A stretch of 64,000 bases of DNA from an uncultured Alphaproteobacteria bacterium. Its GTDB lineage: Bacteria; Pseudomonadota; Alphaproteobacteria; RF32; CAG-239. Positions 26,184 through 37,427 of the stretch are shown one piece after another. The stretch is taken from positions 4,896 to 68,895 of the forward strand of contig CALXYD010000002.1 in the NCBI GenBank assembly GCA_944392865.1, given 5' to 3'. Both the position numbers and the translations under genes were made by a program. Under the pieces are notes generated by a model. It was not told where the DNA came from. It was given only the letters and a program-made list of their open reading frames with translations, and ran no database searches. Within the stretch, counting starts at the first letter, position 1. Every line of letters starts with the position of its first letter.

Positions 26184-28793
26184 ATGTCTTACAAACAGGA
26201 ACCGGGCTTGGATAAGCAATTCAACGCCGAAGAGATAGAAAAACGCTGCGATGCCTACTGGAACGCCAACGAAATTTATAAATACGACGCCACGCAAAGC
26301 CGTGATAACAGCTTTGTCATAGACACTCCGCCGCCAACCGTCTCCGGCTCATTGCACATCGGGCACATTTTCAGTTACACGCAAACCGACATTATTGCCA
26401 GATACCAGCGCATGCAGGGCAAATCCGTCTTTTATCCTATCGGTTGGGATGACAACGGATTACCGACCGAACGCCGCGTCCAAAATTATTATAATATCGC
26501 CTGCAACCCCAAAATTGCCTACGACCCGGCCTTTAAACCGCAACATATAGAAAATGACAAAGCCGACCGGCGCGAAGTTTCCCGTAAAAACTTTATTGAA
26601 GCCTGCGAAACATTAACCGCCGAAGACGAAAAAATCTTTGAAAACGTCTTCCGTCGCATTGGCCATTCGTATGACTGGAATTTAACCTATTCCACCATCA
26701 GCCCGTCATCCATAAAAATCTCTCAGGCCTCATTTCTTGATTTATACCAAAAAGGCAAAGTCGTCGCCGTTGAAGCGCCGATTATGTGGGATGTAACGTT
26801 CAAATCCGCCGTTTCTCAAGCCGAGGTTGAAGATAAGGAAATGGAGGGCTGGTTCCATGATATCCGTTTCAGCGTCAAAGACAGCGATGAAACATTTACC
26901 ATTGCCACCACCCGCCCCGAATTGCTGGCCTCGTGTCTGGCTATCGTCGCCCACCCGGACGATGAGCGCTACAAACACCTGTTCGGCAAAACCGCCATCG
27001 TCCCCCTGTTTGATATTCCGGTACCGATTGTGCCGTCCGAACACGCCGAAAAAGACAAAGGAACAGGTATTATGATGGTCTGCACCTTTGGCGACGCCGC
27101 TGACGTGGCATGGTGGAAAAAATCCGGTCTGCCGATTAAACAAATCATCGGACTGGACGGCAAAATTATGAACATCACATACGGCGAAGGCGTCTTCAAT
27201 ACCCTGAACAAAGAAGAAGCCCAAAAGAATTTCAACCAGATTATCGGCCTGCCGGCACATATCGCCAAGAAAAAAGTTGCTGAAATGTTGCAGGAACAGG
27301 GCTTTCTCATCGGCGAGCCGAAAAAAATCGTCCACCCGGTTAAGTTTTATGAAAAGGGCAACCTGCCGCTGGAATTTGTTTCTTCCCGCCAATGGTTTAT
27401 TAAACTGATGGATATGAAAGAAGAAATGCTTTCCGCCGGACGTAAAATTGAATGGCTGCCGGCGTATATGCAACACCGTTACGAAACCTGGACAGAAGGC
27501 TTAAACCAAGACTGGTGTATCAGCCGCCAACGTTACTTCGGCGTTCCTTTCCCTGTTTGGTATAAGGTTGACGCCAACGGCAATATTGACTATTCCGCAA
27601 TAATTTTGCCGGATAAAAGCCGCCTGCCGATTGACCCGATGGCAGATACGCCGGACGGCTACACCGAAGCCCAACGCAATCAACCCAACGGATTCGCCGG
27701 CGACCCGGATGTTATGGACACCTGGGCAACCTCATCTTTAACCCCGCAAATCGCTATGGCAATGGCCAAAGACGGCTCCAACCTTTCCATGCCGTTTGAT
27801 ATCCGCCCGCAAGCGCACGACATTATCCGCACTTGGGCTTTTTACACCATCGCCAAAAGCTTAATGCACGAAAACACGATTCCGTGGCACAAAACGCTCA
27901 TCAGCGGCTTTATTCTGGATCCGGATCGTAAAAAGATGAGCAAATCCAAAGGCAACGTCGTAACCCCCATGCATTTAATAGAAAGCCACTCCGCCGACGC
28001 CGTCCGTTATTGGGCTGCCAAAGCAAAACTTGGCGTAGACACGGCTTTTGATGAAAAAATGATGCAACAGGGACGCAAGCTCATTGTCAAAATTTTCAAC
28101 GCCAGCAAATTTGTCTTTATGATTGTCGGAAATTCAACTTCCGCCGATTATGCCAAAAATATTACAGCTGCGTCGGATAAATCCTGGCTCAAAAAACTTG
28201 CCGACACGGTAAAATCAGCCAAACAATGCTTTGAAAATTATGATTACGCGCTGGCTCTGGATTCCATAGAAACCCGTTTTTGGGATTTCTGCGACAACTA
28301 CGTTGAAATTGTCAAAAAACGCGCCTATTCCGAAGACAATGCCTCTGCCATCGCAACATTAAAACTTTCTCTGGATTCGTTTGCCATACTGCTGGCGCCT
28401 TTCTGCCCGTTTATCACCGAAGAAGTATATCAGGCGCGCCCGTGGAAACAACCGCAGGATATTTCCGTTCACAAAGAACAGTGGGCATCGCTTGACATCC
28501 TGAACACGGTTGCGGCAGATGATTCGCTGTTGTATGACACAATTTCCGCCGTTTCCTCAGAAATCCGCAAACAAAAAACATTGGAAAACAAATCGCAGAA
28601 AAATCCGGTCTTAAACTTGACGGTCAAAGCCGGTGAAAAAACAATTTCCTGCTTAAAAGCCAATGATGAGGACTTGCTGAACGTCGGCAATATCGTTGCA
28701 AACGGTATAGCATATCAAATCGCAACAGAATTAAGCGTTGAAAACATTTTACTTGACCAAAATTTTGTTCCCGAAAAAAAGAAAGTCGGTTAA
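26184..28793 (+). CDS. valS: valine--tRNA ligase (type-2, archaeal/actinobacterial-like form)
   Basis: PPPTVSGSLHIGH (HIGH motif), KMSKSKGN (KMSKS motif) and GWDDNGLPTE. It is 869 aa and I see no long C-terminal coiled coil. Confidence 0.93.
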   Translation: MSYKQEPGLDKQFNAEEIEKRCDAYWNANEIYKYDATQSRDNSFVIDTPPPTVSGSLHIGHIFSYTQTDIIARYQRMQGKSVFYPIGWDDNGLPTERRVQNYYNIACNPKIAYDPAFKPQHIENDKADRREVSRKNFIEACETLTAEDEKIFENVFRRIGHSYDWNLTYSTISPSSIKISQASFLDLYQKGKVVAVEAPIMWDVTFKSAVSQAEVEDKEMEGWFHDIRFSVKDSDETFTIATTRPELLASCLAIVAHPDDERYKHLFGKTAIVPLFDIPVPIVPSEHAEKDKGTGIMMVCTFGDAADVAWWKKSGLPIKQIIGLDGKIMNITYGEGVFNTLNKEEAQKNFNQIIGLPAHIAKKKVAEMLQEQGFLIGEPKKIVHPVKFYEKGNLPLEFVSSRQWFIKLMDMKEEMLSAGRKIEWLPAYMQHRYETWTEGLNQDWCISRQRYFGVPFPVWYKVDANGNIDYSAIILPDKSRLPIDPMADTPDGYTEAQRNQPNGFAGDPDVMDTWATSSLTPQIAMAMAKDGSNLSMPFDIRPQAHDIIRTWAFYTIAKSLMHENTIPWHKTLISGFILDPDRKKMSKSKGNVVTPMHLIESHSADAVRYWAAKAKLGVDTAFDEKMMQQGRKLIVKIFNASKFVFMIVGNSTSADYAKNITAASDKSWLKKLADTVKSAKQCFENYDYALALDSIETRFWDFCDNYVEIVKKRAYSEDNASAIATLKLSLDSFAILLAPFCPFITEEVYQARPWKQPQDISVHKEQWASLDILNTVAADDSLLYDTISAVSSEIRKQKTLENKSQKNPVLNLTVKAGEKTISCLKANDEDLLNVGNIVANGIAYQIATELSVENILLDQNFVPEKKKVG

Positions 28794-28815
28794 AACCCGA
28801 TTCGTTCTCATCTTA

Positions 28816-28850
28816 AAAGCCGGTGGATTATCCGCCGGCTTTCTTATTTA
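28816..28850. terminator. hairpin between convergent valS and smr-domain gene
   Basis: Stem AAAGCCGGTGG / CCGCCGGCTTT (one G-U pair), 5-nt loop and a T-rich tail. It overlaps the smr-domain gene's stop codon. Confidence 0.6.
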
Positions 28851-29356
28851 TCGCGCTTCCTCAACATAATATACAATGCGCCTGCCCCGCCTTTCGCCTC
28901 TGACGGATGTTTAAACGCCAAAATCAGCGGGCTTATTTCTGAATGGCTGAGCCACCCCGGAACAGACTTGCGCAACACTCCTTTTCCGCTAAATAACGTA
29001 TCGTCAATACCCTTGCCGGTAACAATCAAGACACACCGTTTTCGTGCCTCGTATGCTCCTTTTATAAAATCACATACCCGCCCGAAAGCATCTTTTTCCG
29101 TCGTCCCGTGCAAATCCAACACGGCCTCAATCTTAAACTCTTCCCGCTTAAATCGCTTGGCAAGCGTCCCATCCATTTGTGAAAAATCATCTATTCCAAC
29201 GCTTTTACCGCTTTTGAGCACCTCAAACGTAACTGTAACTTCCTTATTCTGGCGAAACTCAATTTCTTTCGGCGGTTCAATCTTCTCTACATGGAGATTC
29301 GTCTGAATACGCTTCACGCCTTTCACCGTTTCCGCCCAAACATCTTCATCAGTCAT
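28844..29356 (-). CDS. Smr-domain protein
   Basis: The C-terminal LDLHGTTEKDAF ... VTGKG ... GGAGALYI region matches the Smr/MutS2 C-terminal domain. Confidence 0.8.
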   Translation of the reverse strand: MTDEDVWAETVKGVKRIQTNLHVEKIEPPKEIEFRQNKEVTVTFEVLKSGKSVGIDDFSQMDGTLAKRFKREEFKIEAVLDLHGTTEKDAFGRVCDFIKGAYEARKRCVLIVTGKGIDDTLFSGKGVLRKSVPGWLSHSEISPLILAFKHPSEAKGGAGALYIMLRKRDK

Positions 29357-30521
29357 AAATTTCCGCCTTTACGCCTTTGGGCAACAAAACAAAATACTGT
29401 CCCTGCGAATTCATCCGCCCCGCCTCGGCGAAAGCCTCCTCTCCGTGTCCCCAAAAATAATCGCCGCGCACACCACCTTTTATGGCACTGCCGACATCTT
29501 CGGCCATAACCAGCTTATTCAAAGCCTCACCGTCCGGAGTCGTTGTTTCTAACCACATCATCACGCCCAACGGAATATAATTTTTATCAACCGCCAGGCT
29601 TCGTCCCGCCACTAACGGAACCCCCATAGCGCCGATTGGCCCGTCTGCTTTGACTATTTTATGAAAAATATAACGCTCATTAAGCAGCATATTCTTTTTC
29701 GCCGTTTCGCCGTTTTCTTGTAGCCACTCGCGGATTTTCGGCATAGACGCTTCGCCGGACTCAATCAACCCTTTTTCTAAAAGAATAGAGCCGATTCCCT
29801 TGAAACGATGCCCGTTGTTATCCGCATAACCAACGCGTATTTCTTTTCCATCAGGCAAAGTCGCCACAGCCGCCCCTTGAATCTGCATAATATAAATATC
29901 AACCGGATTATCACCCCACAAAATAACCGGCGCATCAATCTTTCCGGCATCAATCTCTTCCCGCGTATAATACTTAACCAGTTTGCCGTTCTTAACCCGT
30001 CCGACAATCCGGCGATTCGGCAGGCTCTTATCAAAATCCTTTAACTGAACTTCCACCAAATCTTTCGGCTTCCCGTAAATCGGATATTGATATTTGCCAC
30101 CCTGTTTAAAACTGGCGCGAATAGCCGCCTCATAATAAGACGTGAACTTTCCTTTTGAATGCCCGTCAACCACCACCAAATACGGCTCAAAATTATTCTC
30201 AATATATTTTTTCAGCTGCACCGCATCGCTAATATCAACCATCTCCTGGCATTTTTCCCGATATGGCGCAACAGGAATCTCCAAAACTTCACTCTTCAAA
30301 GACTTTTGCGATGTCTGCCCGATAACATTACAAACAGAAACCAACGCTTTCTGAAAAGAAGCTAAATTGTCCTCTGCCCAACCGTCTAAAGCGGCAAAAG
30401 AACTTTTTTGCAATGCAAAATGCTCAATCGGACGAATTTCTTTATCTTCGCCCGAACACGAAAACAAAAAAATACAAAAAACAAATATCAGTCCGCGTTT
30501 CAGCATTTCTTCGTCGAACAC
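29349..30521 (-). CDS. mltA: murein transglycosylase A (lipoprotein)
   Basis: Lipobox LFSC near the N-terminus, an MltA-specific region, and a C-terminal 3D domain (DVGSAIKGGVRGDYFWG). Confidence 0.85.
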   Translation of the reverse strand: MFDEEMLKRGLIFVFCIFLFSCSGEDKEIRPIEHFALQKSSFAALDGWAEDNLASFQKALVSVCNVIGQTSQKSLKSEVLEIPVAPYREKCQEMVDISDAVQLKKYIENNFEPYLVVVDGHSKGKFTSYYEAAIRASFKQGGKYQYPIYGKPKDLVEVQLKDFDKSLPNRRIVGRVKNGKLVKYYTREEIDAGKIDAPVILWGDNPVDIYIMQIQGAAVATLPDGKEIRVGYADNNGHRFKGIGSILLEKGLIESGEASMPKIREWLQENGETAKKNMLLNERYIFHKIVKADGPIGAMGVPLVAGRSLAVDKNYIPLGVMMWLETTTPDGEALNKLVMAEDVGSAIKGGVRGDYFWGHGEEAFAEAGRMNSQGQYFVLLPKGVKAEIYD

Positions 30522-31141
30522 AACAACCAGTTATTCACTCTTGGATTCAAAGGCTTTTCAAATGTCCAGACATCTGAAATCTTCTGAACATAATTTTCAT
30601 CGCCTTCAATAATTTCCCCTTGGGCATTTTTCAAAAGATTAACCTGTTCGCTGACAAACTTCACAACCAGATTGACTTTATCATCACTGACAAACTTGAC
30701 CGATTCGACTTCTGTCTCCAAAAAATCAATCAAATCCGTTTCCGCTACGATTCCCTGTTCTTTTCTATCGTTAATGACTTTCTCAAACTTTGCCAACAAA
30801 TCCTTATTAACCAATTTGGCCAACGTCCCGGCATCGCCTTTGCTGAAAGCCGATAAAATCATTTCAAAAGCTTTCTGCGCCCCTTTAATAAAAATATTCT
30901 TGTTAAAATTCGGAATTTTCGCCAAATCACGCTCCAGCGGAGATAAATTGCTCGTATCCACCGCCGCATTTTCATTACTGTGTGCCGTTTTTTTCAATTC
31001 ATTATAAACTTTTTCAAATTGCTCTTTGGGAATCATAATAACTTTTGCATCTTCTCCCCCTGTCCCGAGAACACTTTTAAGCTTACTAAAAATAATAACC
31101 ACCAAAACCAGCAAAAATATAATATCCAAATATCCTGACAT
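30500..31141 (-). CDS. Tim44-like domain protein
   Basis: I trimmed the start to MSGYLDIIFLLVLVVIIF (TM helix). The C-terminal DVWTFEKPLNPRVNNWLL is typical of bacterial Tim44 homologues. The 73 extra codons in the track ORF run into the secB start region. Confidence 0.7.
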   Translation of the reverse strand: MSGYLDIIFLLVLVVIIFSKLKSVLGTGGEDAKVIMIPKEQFEKVYNELKKTAHSNENAAVDTSNLSPLERDLAKIPNFNKNIFIKGAQKAFEMILSAFSKGDAGTLAKLVNKDLLAKFEKVINDRKEQGIVAETDLIDFLETEVESVKFVSDDKVNLVVKFVSEQVNLLKNAQGEIIEGDENYVQKISDVWTFEKPLNPRVNNWLLCSTKKC

Positions 31142-31278
31142 TTTGACACCTCTGTTAAATCTACCTCTAATATAACGATAAATATCTTTATTATCAACTA
31201 TTATGTTTGACGTATAAAATAAAAAGCTGTATGCAGGACTATATGCAAAAAAAACAAACTTGATGAAAGGACAAACCA

Positions 31279-31722
31279 ATGAGCAATACTCCGGAAAATC
31301 CAGAAGTTTCCTTAAATATGCAATATATTCGCGATATGTCGCTGGAAGTACCGCACGCACCGGAAATTTTCGCTAAACTGAGCACTCAGCCAAAAATAAA
31401 TGTTGATTTAAACATTGACGTCAACAAACTTAACGAAAAGAACTACGAAGTAACCTTAAATCTGCGTCTGAATGCTGATATTGACGACGAGTCGCTGTTT
31501 ATTTTTGAATTAGCCTACGCTGCCGCTTGCACCGTTAAACTGCCGGAAGAACAAATTGAACCTGTTTTGTTCATTGAGATTCCCAAGCTCATCTTCCCGT
31601 ATGCCCGCCAGATTATCTCCTCCAATCTGGCAAACGCAGGTTTACCGCCGCTTATGCTGACGCCGATTGATTTCGCCGCCGTATACAAAAAGAAAAAAGA
31701 ACAAATCGTAAAGCCGAACTAA
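31279..31722 (+). CDS. secB: protein-export chaperone SecB
   Basis: LNMQYIRDMSLEVPHAPEIF and LFPYARQIISSNLANAGLPPLML. Confidence 0.88.
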   Translation: MSNTPENPEVSLNMQYIRDMSLEVPHAPEIFAKLSTQPKINVDLNIDVNKLNEKNYEVTLNLRLNADIDDESLFIFELAYAAACTVKLPEEQIEPVLFIEIPKLIFPYARQIISSNLANAGLPPLMLTPIDFAAVYKKKKEQIVKPN

Positions 31723-31723
31723 A

Positions 31724-32197
31724 ATGCGCCTGGCACTGTTTCAACCGGATATCCCGCAAAACACCGGAACGCTTTTGCGTTTAGGCGCCTGTTTGGATTT
31801 GCCGATTGACATTATAGAACCCTGCGGCTTTATATTTAACGATAAAGCGATGAAACGCGCCGGTATGGACTATTTGAATATGGTAAACTGCCGGCGCCAT
31901 AATTCGTGGCAGGATTTTCTGAACTTTCGCCAACAACACCCCGACGAGTACGGACGCATTATCCTTTTAACCACACACGCCGAAAAACCTTATACGGATT
32001 TTAAATTCGCCCCCAACGACATAATTCTAATGGGCAGAGAAAGCGCCGGCGTCCCCGAAGCCGTCCACAAATTTGCCGATTCCCGCCTGCTTATTCCGAT
32101 GAATCCCAACGCCCGCTCGTTAAATGTCGCACTCGCCGCGGTTATGGTTATCGGTGAAGCCTTGCGCCAAACGGGTTTATTTCCGCACACCTCATAA
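31724..32197 (+). CDS. trmL: tRNA (cytidine/uridine-2-prime-O)-methyltransferase TrmL (SpoU family)
   Basis: LFQPDIPQNTGTLLRLGA, LMGRESAGVP and SLNVALAAVMVIGEALRQ (trefoil knot). Confidence 0.85.
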   Translation: MRLALFQPDIPQNTGTLLRLGACLDLPIDIIEPCGFIFNDKAMKRAGMDYLNMVNCRRHNSWQDFLNFRQQHPDEYGRIILLTTHAEKPYTDFKFAPNDIILMGRESAGVPEAVHKFADSRLLIPMNPNARSLNVALAAVMVIGEALRQTGLFPHTS

Positions 32198-32315
32198 AAA
32201 ACACCATTTTTGATTTTTTTTCATTTTAGGTATAGATTTATCCAAAAAAATGTGATATAGTCTACTCGTTTTCAGAATAATAACCCTTAACAATCTCAAG
32301 GAGGTCGATCCGATT

Positions 32316-32825
32316 ATGAAAAAAAACTCAACCGTTACTTTCAACTCCGGCGAGTATGTTGTATACCCCACTCAAGGCGTAGGAAAAGTTACCAACATCA
32401 CCAAACAGACCATCGCCGGACACGAATTGGAGCTGTTGGTTGTCAATTTTGATAAAGACAAAATGACGCTGAGAGTTCCCATGGCCAAACTGGATCAGGT
32501 AGGTATCCGTAAAATTTCCGATGAAACAACCATGAAAGAAGCACTTGCAACCTTAAAAGGAAAACCGCGTGTAAAGAAAATAATGTGGTCCAGACGTGCC
32601 CAGGAATATGAAAATAAAATCAATTCCGGCAATCCTGTTGCCGTTGCCGAGGTTATCCGCGATTTACATCGTAGCGAAAATCTGGCGGAACAATCATATA
32701 GTGAACGGCAAATTTATGAACACGCCCTGGAACGGCTAGCAAGCGAAGTCGCTATCTTTGACAATATTTCTTTGGAAGACGCCAACAAAAAACTGCTGGA
32801 TACTATCGCATCCCGTCAGTTTTGA
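32316..32825 (+). CDS. carD: CarD-family transcriptional regulator
   Basis: FNSGEYVVYPTQGVGKV Tudor-like N-terminus and a helical C-terminal domain. Confidence 0.88.
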   Translation: MKKNSTVTFNSGEYVVYPTQGVGKVTNITKQTIAGHELELLVVNFDKDKMTLRVPMAKLDQVGIRKISDETTMKEALATLKGKPRVKKIMWSRRAQEYENKINSGNPVAVAEVIRDLHRSENLAEQSYSERQIYEHALERLASEVAIFDNISLEDANKKLLDTIASRQF

Positions 32826-32847
32826 CTTTCTTTCAAATTCATTATAT

Positions 32848-32878
32848 AAAAAGCTGCACAGTAATTGTGCAGCTTTTT
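32848..32878. terminator. bidirectional terminator 1 between carD and the parvulin gene
   Basis: Perfect 13-bp stem AAAAAGCTGCACA / TGTGCAGCTTTTT with a 5-nt loop. Confidence 0.8.
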
Positions 32879-32907
32879 ATATTCTTTAACCCACCAAAAG
32901 CCTACAA

Positions 32908-32934
32908 AAAAACGGGAGCTAAACTCCCGTTTTT
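32908..32934. terminator. bidirectional terminator 2 between carD and the parvulin gene
   Basis: Perfect 11-bp stem AAAAACGGGAG / CTCCCGTTTTT with a 5-nt loop. Confidence 0.8.
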
Positions 32935-32940
32935 CTTCCC

Positions 32941-33801
32941 TTATTTACTTTCCGGAATAGGATTACCATCCAGTGTAAACTTCTCAATCTTTGCTTTTTG
33001 GTGCAAATCTTCAAAAGTCTTGGCAATTGCCTGCTGAGTAACCATATTTCTCAACTGCGGCTCAACATCTTTGAGTTCAAGCGGCTGAGAAGCGCGAATA
33101 TCTTCAACTAAGATAACATGCCATCCAAATTCCGTCTTAACCGGCTTCTTGGAAAATTCACCTTTATCCATATTGAACGCCGCTTTGGAAAATTCCGGCA
33201 CCATCATATCTTCGGTGAAATATCCCAGTTCAACCTGGTCTTTGGAATATTCATTTGCCAACTTAACAAAATCCTCACCCTTCTTCAGTTTTTTAATAAC
33301 TTCTTCGGCCTTATCTTCGGAATCAACCAGAATATGTTTTGCTCTTATCTCTTTTTTGCTCTCAAATGTTGACTTGTATTCATCATACAATTTTTGAACA
33401 GCCTCGTCATTAACCTGTTCATCAACCATCTTTTCAAGATAAAGCTTGCGAGCCAAATCTTCTTTCGCCGTTATCAACTGTCTTTGATATTCAGGCGTTT
33501 CTTCAATCTTAGCCGCCTGCGCTGCCTGATAAACCAGCTTGCTGTTTACAAAAACATCCAATGTCTTAGCATAAAATTCTTCAAACGGAACCTTATTTTG
33601 AATCTGCGGATGGTCAGCATAGCTCTGCTTCAAATCATTAACATAGATAATTTCGCCGTTAACTTTTGCCGCCACGCCTTTATCTGCACCGGCGTTGGCA
33701 TTATACACCTTGAAAGACACAAAAGAAGCAACGGCTACAACAACCACGGCAACCGCAGAAATTGTAAAGCCCAAGATTCTCTTTTTCATAAAAACCTCCA
33801 A
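32941..33801 (-). CDS. parvulin-type peptidylprolyl isomerase (SurA/PpiD-like, membrane-anchored)
   Basis: N-terminal TM helix and a PpiC domain (IRAKHILV ... GWHVILVED). The start is probably MKKRILGF at 33789. Confidence 0.8.
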   Translation of the reverse strand: MEVFMKKRILGFTISAVAVVVVAVASFVSFKVYNANAGADKGVAAKVNGEIIYVNDLKQSYADHPQIQNKVPFEEFYAKTLDVFVNSKLVYQAAQAAKIEETPEYQRQLITAKEDLARKLYLEKMVDEQVNDEAVQKLYDEYKSTFESKKEIRAKHILVDSEDKAEEVIKKLKKGEDFVKLANEYSKDQVELGYFTEDMMVPEFSKAAFNMDKGEFSKKPVKTEFGWHVILVEDIRASQPLELKDVEPQLRNMVTQQAIAKTFEDLHQKAKIEKFTLDGNPIPESK

Positions 33802-33965
33802 AATAAAAAGTTTATCTATACTCGTCTAATCATATAAACCGATTTATAAAATATTCCAAGTATTTTTTCTTTCGCGTTTATAACTTCTGTTGATAGTATT
33901 GACTTTATTCTATATAAACACTAAATCTAGCTAAACGAATATTGAAAATTTAAGGTATATGAAAT

Positions 33966-36656
33966 ATGTTAACAGACATCGCACGCAAAATTTTCGGCAC
34001 AGCCAATAACAGATTTATCAAAAAGCAATATAAAATCGTAGACCAGATTAACGCCATTGAAAGCAATTTTACCAATCTTTCCGACGAAGAACTGAAAAAC
34101 AAGACTCTTGAATTTCGCTCTCGCCTAAAAGAAGGCGAAACGCTGGACGATATATTGCCGGAAGCATTTGCAACCGTGCGCGAAGCAGCCAAAAGAACCT
34201 TAGGGCAGCGCCATTATGATGTCCAACTCATCGGCGGCATCGTCCTGCACAAAGGCATGATCGCCGAAATGAAAACCGGCGAAGGCAAAACATTGGTTGC
34301 AACTCTAGCCGCTTATCTTAACGCCATTGAACAAAAAGGTGTACATGTTGTTACCGTAAACGATTATCTTGCCAAACGTGACGCCGAATGGATGGGACAG
34401 ATTTATCGCTTTTTAGGTTTAACCGTTGACTATATTATCCACGAAAAAAACGATGAACAGCGCAAAGCAGCTTACAATGCCGATATTACCTACGCCACCA
34501 ACAATGAACTGGGTTTTGACTATCTGCGCGATAATATGAAATTTTCTTTGGATGAGCGGGTTCAACGCGATTTCAACTACGCCATTGTTGATGAAGTCGA
34601 TTCTATTTTAATTGATGAAGCAAGAACTCCTTTAATTATTTCCGGCGCTGCCGAAGATTCGTCTGAAAAATATATTCTCGTCAATAACATTATCAAAAAC
34701 CTGACTTCTTCCGACTACGAAAAAGACGAAAAAGCCAAAAACGTAACTTTAACCGAAGCCGGAATGGAACACGTTGAACAATTATTAAAAAAAGCCGGTT
34801 TAATTACCGAAGGCGGATTATATGATATAAAAAATGTTCAACTCGTTAATCATGTTAATCAGGCTCTCCGCGCCAATATAATGTTTACCAAAGACGTGGA
34901 TTATCTTGTTCGTGACGGCAAAGTTCTGATAATTGATGAATTCACCGGCCGTATTATGGAGGGGCGGCGCTATAGCGATGGTTTGCACCAGGCTTTGGAA
35001 GCTAAAGAGGGTGTTGATATTCAATCCGAAAATCAAACACTCGCCTCCATAACTTTCCAAAACTATTTCCGTTTATATCCCAAACTTGCGGGAATGACCG
35101 GTACGGCAATGACCGAAGAAACGGAATTCAGCGATATTTATAACTTAACCTGTGTTGAAATACCAACCAACCGTCCGGTTATCCGCAAAGATGAACACGA
35201 TTGCATTTATCGCACCGAAAAAGAAAAATATAAAGCGATTATTGATACTATAAAGGAATGCCACGCCAAAGGGCAACCCGTGTTAGTCGGTACTACATCG
35301 GTTGAAAAATCCGAAATTATCGCCAAAATGTTAAAAGACCAAACAGACATCAAATTTGAAGTCTTAAACGCCAAACACCACGAACGCGAAGCCGCCATTG
35401 TTGCTGAAGCCGGTGTCTATGGCGCTGTAACTATCGCAACCAATATGGCTGGGCGCGGAACGGATATTCAACTTGGTGGTAATCCGGACGTTGCCTTAAA
35501 AAAACGCTTAACCGGCAATGAAACCCCGGAAGAAATAGCCAAACTCAAAGAAGATATTAAGGCAGAAATAAACGAAAACAAAGAAAAAGTCCTTCAAGCC
35601 GGTGGTTTATACATCCTCGGCACGGAACGTCACGAAAGCCGCCGGATAGACAATCAGCTCCGCGGCCGTTCCGGACGACAGGGCGACCCAGGAACATCAA
35701 AATTCTTCCTCTCGCTTGAAGATGATTTAATGCGGATCTTCGGTTCCGAGCGTATGTCGGAAGTCCTGCGCCGCTTAGGCCTGCCTGAAGGCGAAGCGCT
35801 TGTCCACCCATTTATCAGCAAAGCTCTTGAAAAAGCGCAACAAAAAGTTGAAGAGCGAAACTTTGACATCCGTAAAAGTCTTCTCAAATATGACGATGTC
35901 ATGAACGAACAACGCAAAGTCATCTATGAACAACGAAAAGAACTGATGTCGGCAGATGATATTTCCGAAACCATTTTGGATATGCGCCACGATTACCTTT
36001 CTTCACTGATAAGCCTCTGTATCCCCGCCGGCACAAGCAAAGAAGACTGGGACTTGCCACGCCTTAAACAGGATTTGTTTAACACTACCGGCTTGAATTT
36101 ACCAGTAGAAGAAATGGCAGAACAAAGCAATATTGACAGCGTTGATATGACCGAACAACTCTTAAAAGAGATTGACAGCCAAATTGCCGCAAAAAATGCT
36201 TCTGTTCCGAGCAGTATTCTTCATTTAGTTGAAAAAAGCATTATGCTGCAAACATTGGATCAACTTTGGAAAGACCATATTGCTACACTGGATTTAATGC
36301 GTCATACTATCGGCTTACGTGCCTATGGGCAAAAAGACCCTTTAAACGAATACAAAAGAGAAGCTTTTAATATGTTCTCCGATATGCTTGACCTGTTAAA
36401 AGAAAAAGTAACCATTTTAATTTGCCGCACAATTATTCAGCAAAGCAGCGACCAGGATATCCGCGAGCAGGAGCAACGCCGCCAGAATCTGAAAATGAAT
36501 GCTTTTCACGAATCCCTGAATGGCGAGAATCCCAAAGAAACCAAAGATTCGTCAAACATCATCGAGCATCCCGAATGGCGAAACATTCCGCGCAACAGCC
36601 CCTGCCCTTGCGGAAGCGGAAAAAAATACAAACACTGCCACGGCAAAGTAGCATAG
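33966..36656 (+). CDS. secA: preprotein translocase ATPase SecA
   Basis: [11 protein letters not shown] Walker A, a [23 protein letters not shown]-like motif and a C-terminal zinc finger [14 protein letters not shown]. Confidence 0.97.
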   Translation: MLTDIARKIFGTANNRFIKKQYKIVDQINAIESNFTNLSDEELKNKTLEFRSRLKEGETLDDILPEAFATVREAAKRTLGQRHYDVQLIGGIVLHKGMIAEMKTGEGKTLVATLAAYLNAIEQKGVHVVTVNDYLAKRDAEWMGQIYRFLGLTVDYIIHEKNDEQRKAAYNADITYATNNELGFDYLRDNMKFSLDERVQRDFNYAIVDEVDSILIDEARTPLIISGAAEDSSEKYILVNNIIKNLTSSDYEKDEKAKNVTLTEAGMEHVEQLLKKAGLITEGGLYDIKNVQLVNHVNQALRANIMFTKDVDYLVRDGKVLIIDEFTGRIMEGRRYSDGLHQALEAKEGVDIQSENQTLASITFQNYFRLYPKLAGMTGTAMTEETEFSDIYNLTCVEIPTNRPVIRKDEHDCIYRTEKEKYKAIIDTIKECHAKGQPVLVGTTSVEKSEIIAKMLKDQTDIKFEVLNAKHHEREAAIVAEAGVYGAVTIATNMAGRGTDIQLGGNPDVALKKRLTGNETPEEIAKLKEDIKAEINENKEKVLQAGGLYILGTERHESRRIDNQLRGRSGRQGDPGTSKFFLSLEDDLMRIFGSERMSEVLRRLGLPEGEALVHPFISKALEKAQQKVEERNFDIRKSLLKYDDVMNEQRKVIYEQRKELMSADDISETILDMRHDYLSSLISLCIPAGTSKEDWDLPRLKQDLFNTTGLNLPVEEMAEQSNIDSVDMTEQLLKEIDSQIAAKNASVPSSILHLVEKSIMLQTLDQLWKDHIATLDLMRHTIGLRAYGQKDPLNEYKREAFNMFSDMLDLLKEKVTILICRTIIQQSSDQDIREQEQRRQNLKMNAFHESLNGENPKETKDSSNIIEHPEWRNIPRNSPCPCGSGKKYKHCHGKVA

Positions 36657-36665
36657 GAATAAACA

Positions 36666-37424
36666 ATGTCAACGCCTCTTTTGGAAATAAAAGACCTACA
36701 CGCCCGTGTAAAAAATAAAGAAATTATCAAAGGGCTAAATCTGACCATAAACGCCGGTGAAGTACACGCCATAATGGGACCAAACGGCGCTGGAAAGTCC
36801 TCTTTATCTTATGTCTTGTGCGGAAAAGAAGGATATGAAGTAACCGGCGGAAGCGTTTATTTCAAAGGCAAAAATCTACTGGCTATGTCCACGGAAGAAC
36901 GCGCCAGATTTGGCCTATTTCTCTCCATGCAGGCGCCCGTTGAAATTCCCGGCGTTATCATGTCAAATTTCTTAAAACAATCTCTAAATTCCGTATTAAA
37001 ATACCAGGGAAAAGAAGAATTAGACACCCTCAGCTTTATGAAGCTACTAAAAAATGAAGCCGAATCTTTAGATATTAAACCGGAATTTTTCAAAAGATTT
37101 GTTAACGTTGGTTTCTCCGGCGGAGAAAAGAAACGTTTTGAAACATTGCAAATGTCTTTACTCAAACCTGATTTTTGTATTCTTGACGAGATAGATTCGG
37201 GTCTGGATATTGATGCCTTAAAAACGGTTGCCGAAGGCGTAAATAACCTTCGCACCCCAAAAAATGCTTTTTTAGTGATAACCCATTATCAACGTTTGCT
37301 AACTTATATCGTCCCAGATGTCGTTCACATATTTGCAGATGGACATATTATCAAAACCGGTAACGCATCTTTAGCGGAACAATTGGAAAAAAACGGCTAC
37401 GCAGATTTTATAACCGGAGAATAA
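36666..37424 (+). CDS. sufC: Fe-S cluster assembly ATPase SufC
   Basis: GPNGAGKSSL Walker A, FSGGEKKRFE signature, ILDEIDSGLD Walker B and ITHY. Confidence 0.93.
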   Translation: MSTPLLEIKDLHARVKNKEIIKGLNLTINAGEVHAIMGPNGAGKSSLSYVLCGKEGYEVTGGSVYFKGKNLLAMSTEERARFGLFLSMQAPVEIPGVIMSNFLKQSLNSVLKYQGKEELDTLSFMKLLKNEAESLDIKPEFFKRFVNVGFSGGEKKRFETLQMSLLKPDFCILDEIDSGLDIDALKTVAEGVNNLRTPKNAFLVITHYQRLLTYIVPDVVHIFADGHIIKTGNASLAEQLEKNGYADFITGE

Positions 37425-37427
37425 AAA

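Noticed and set aside
26742-27476. 244-aa ORF antisense to valS
   Set aside because: It is a shadow ORF inside valS with no independent support.
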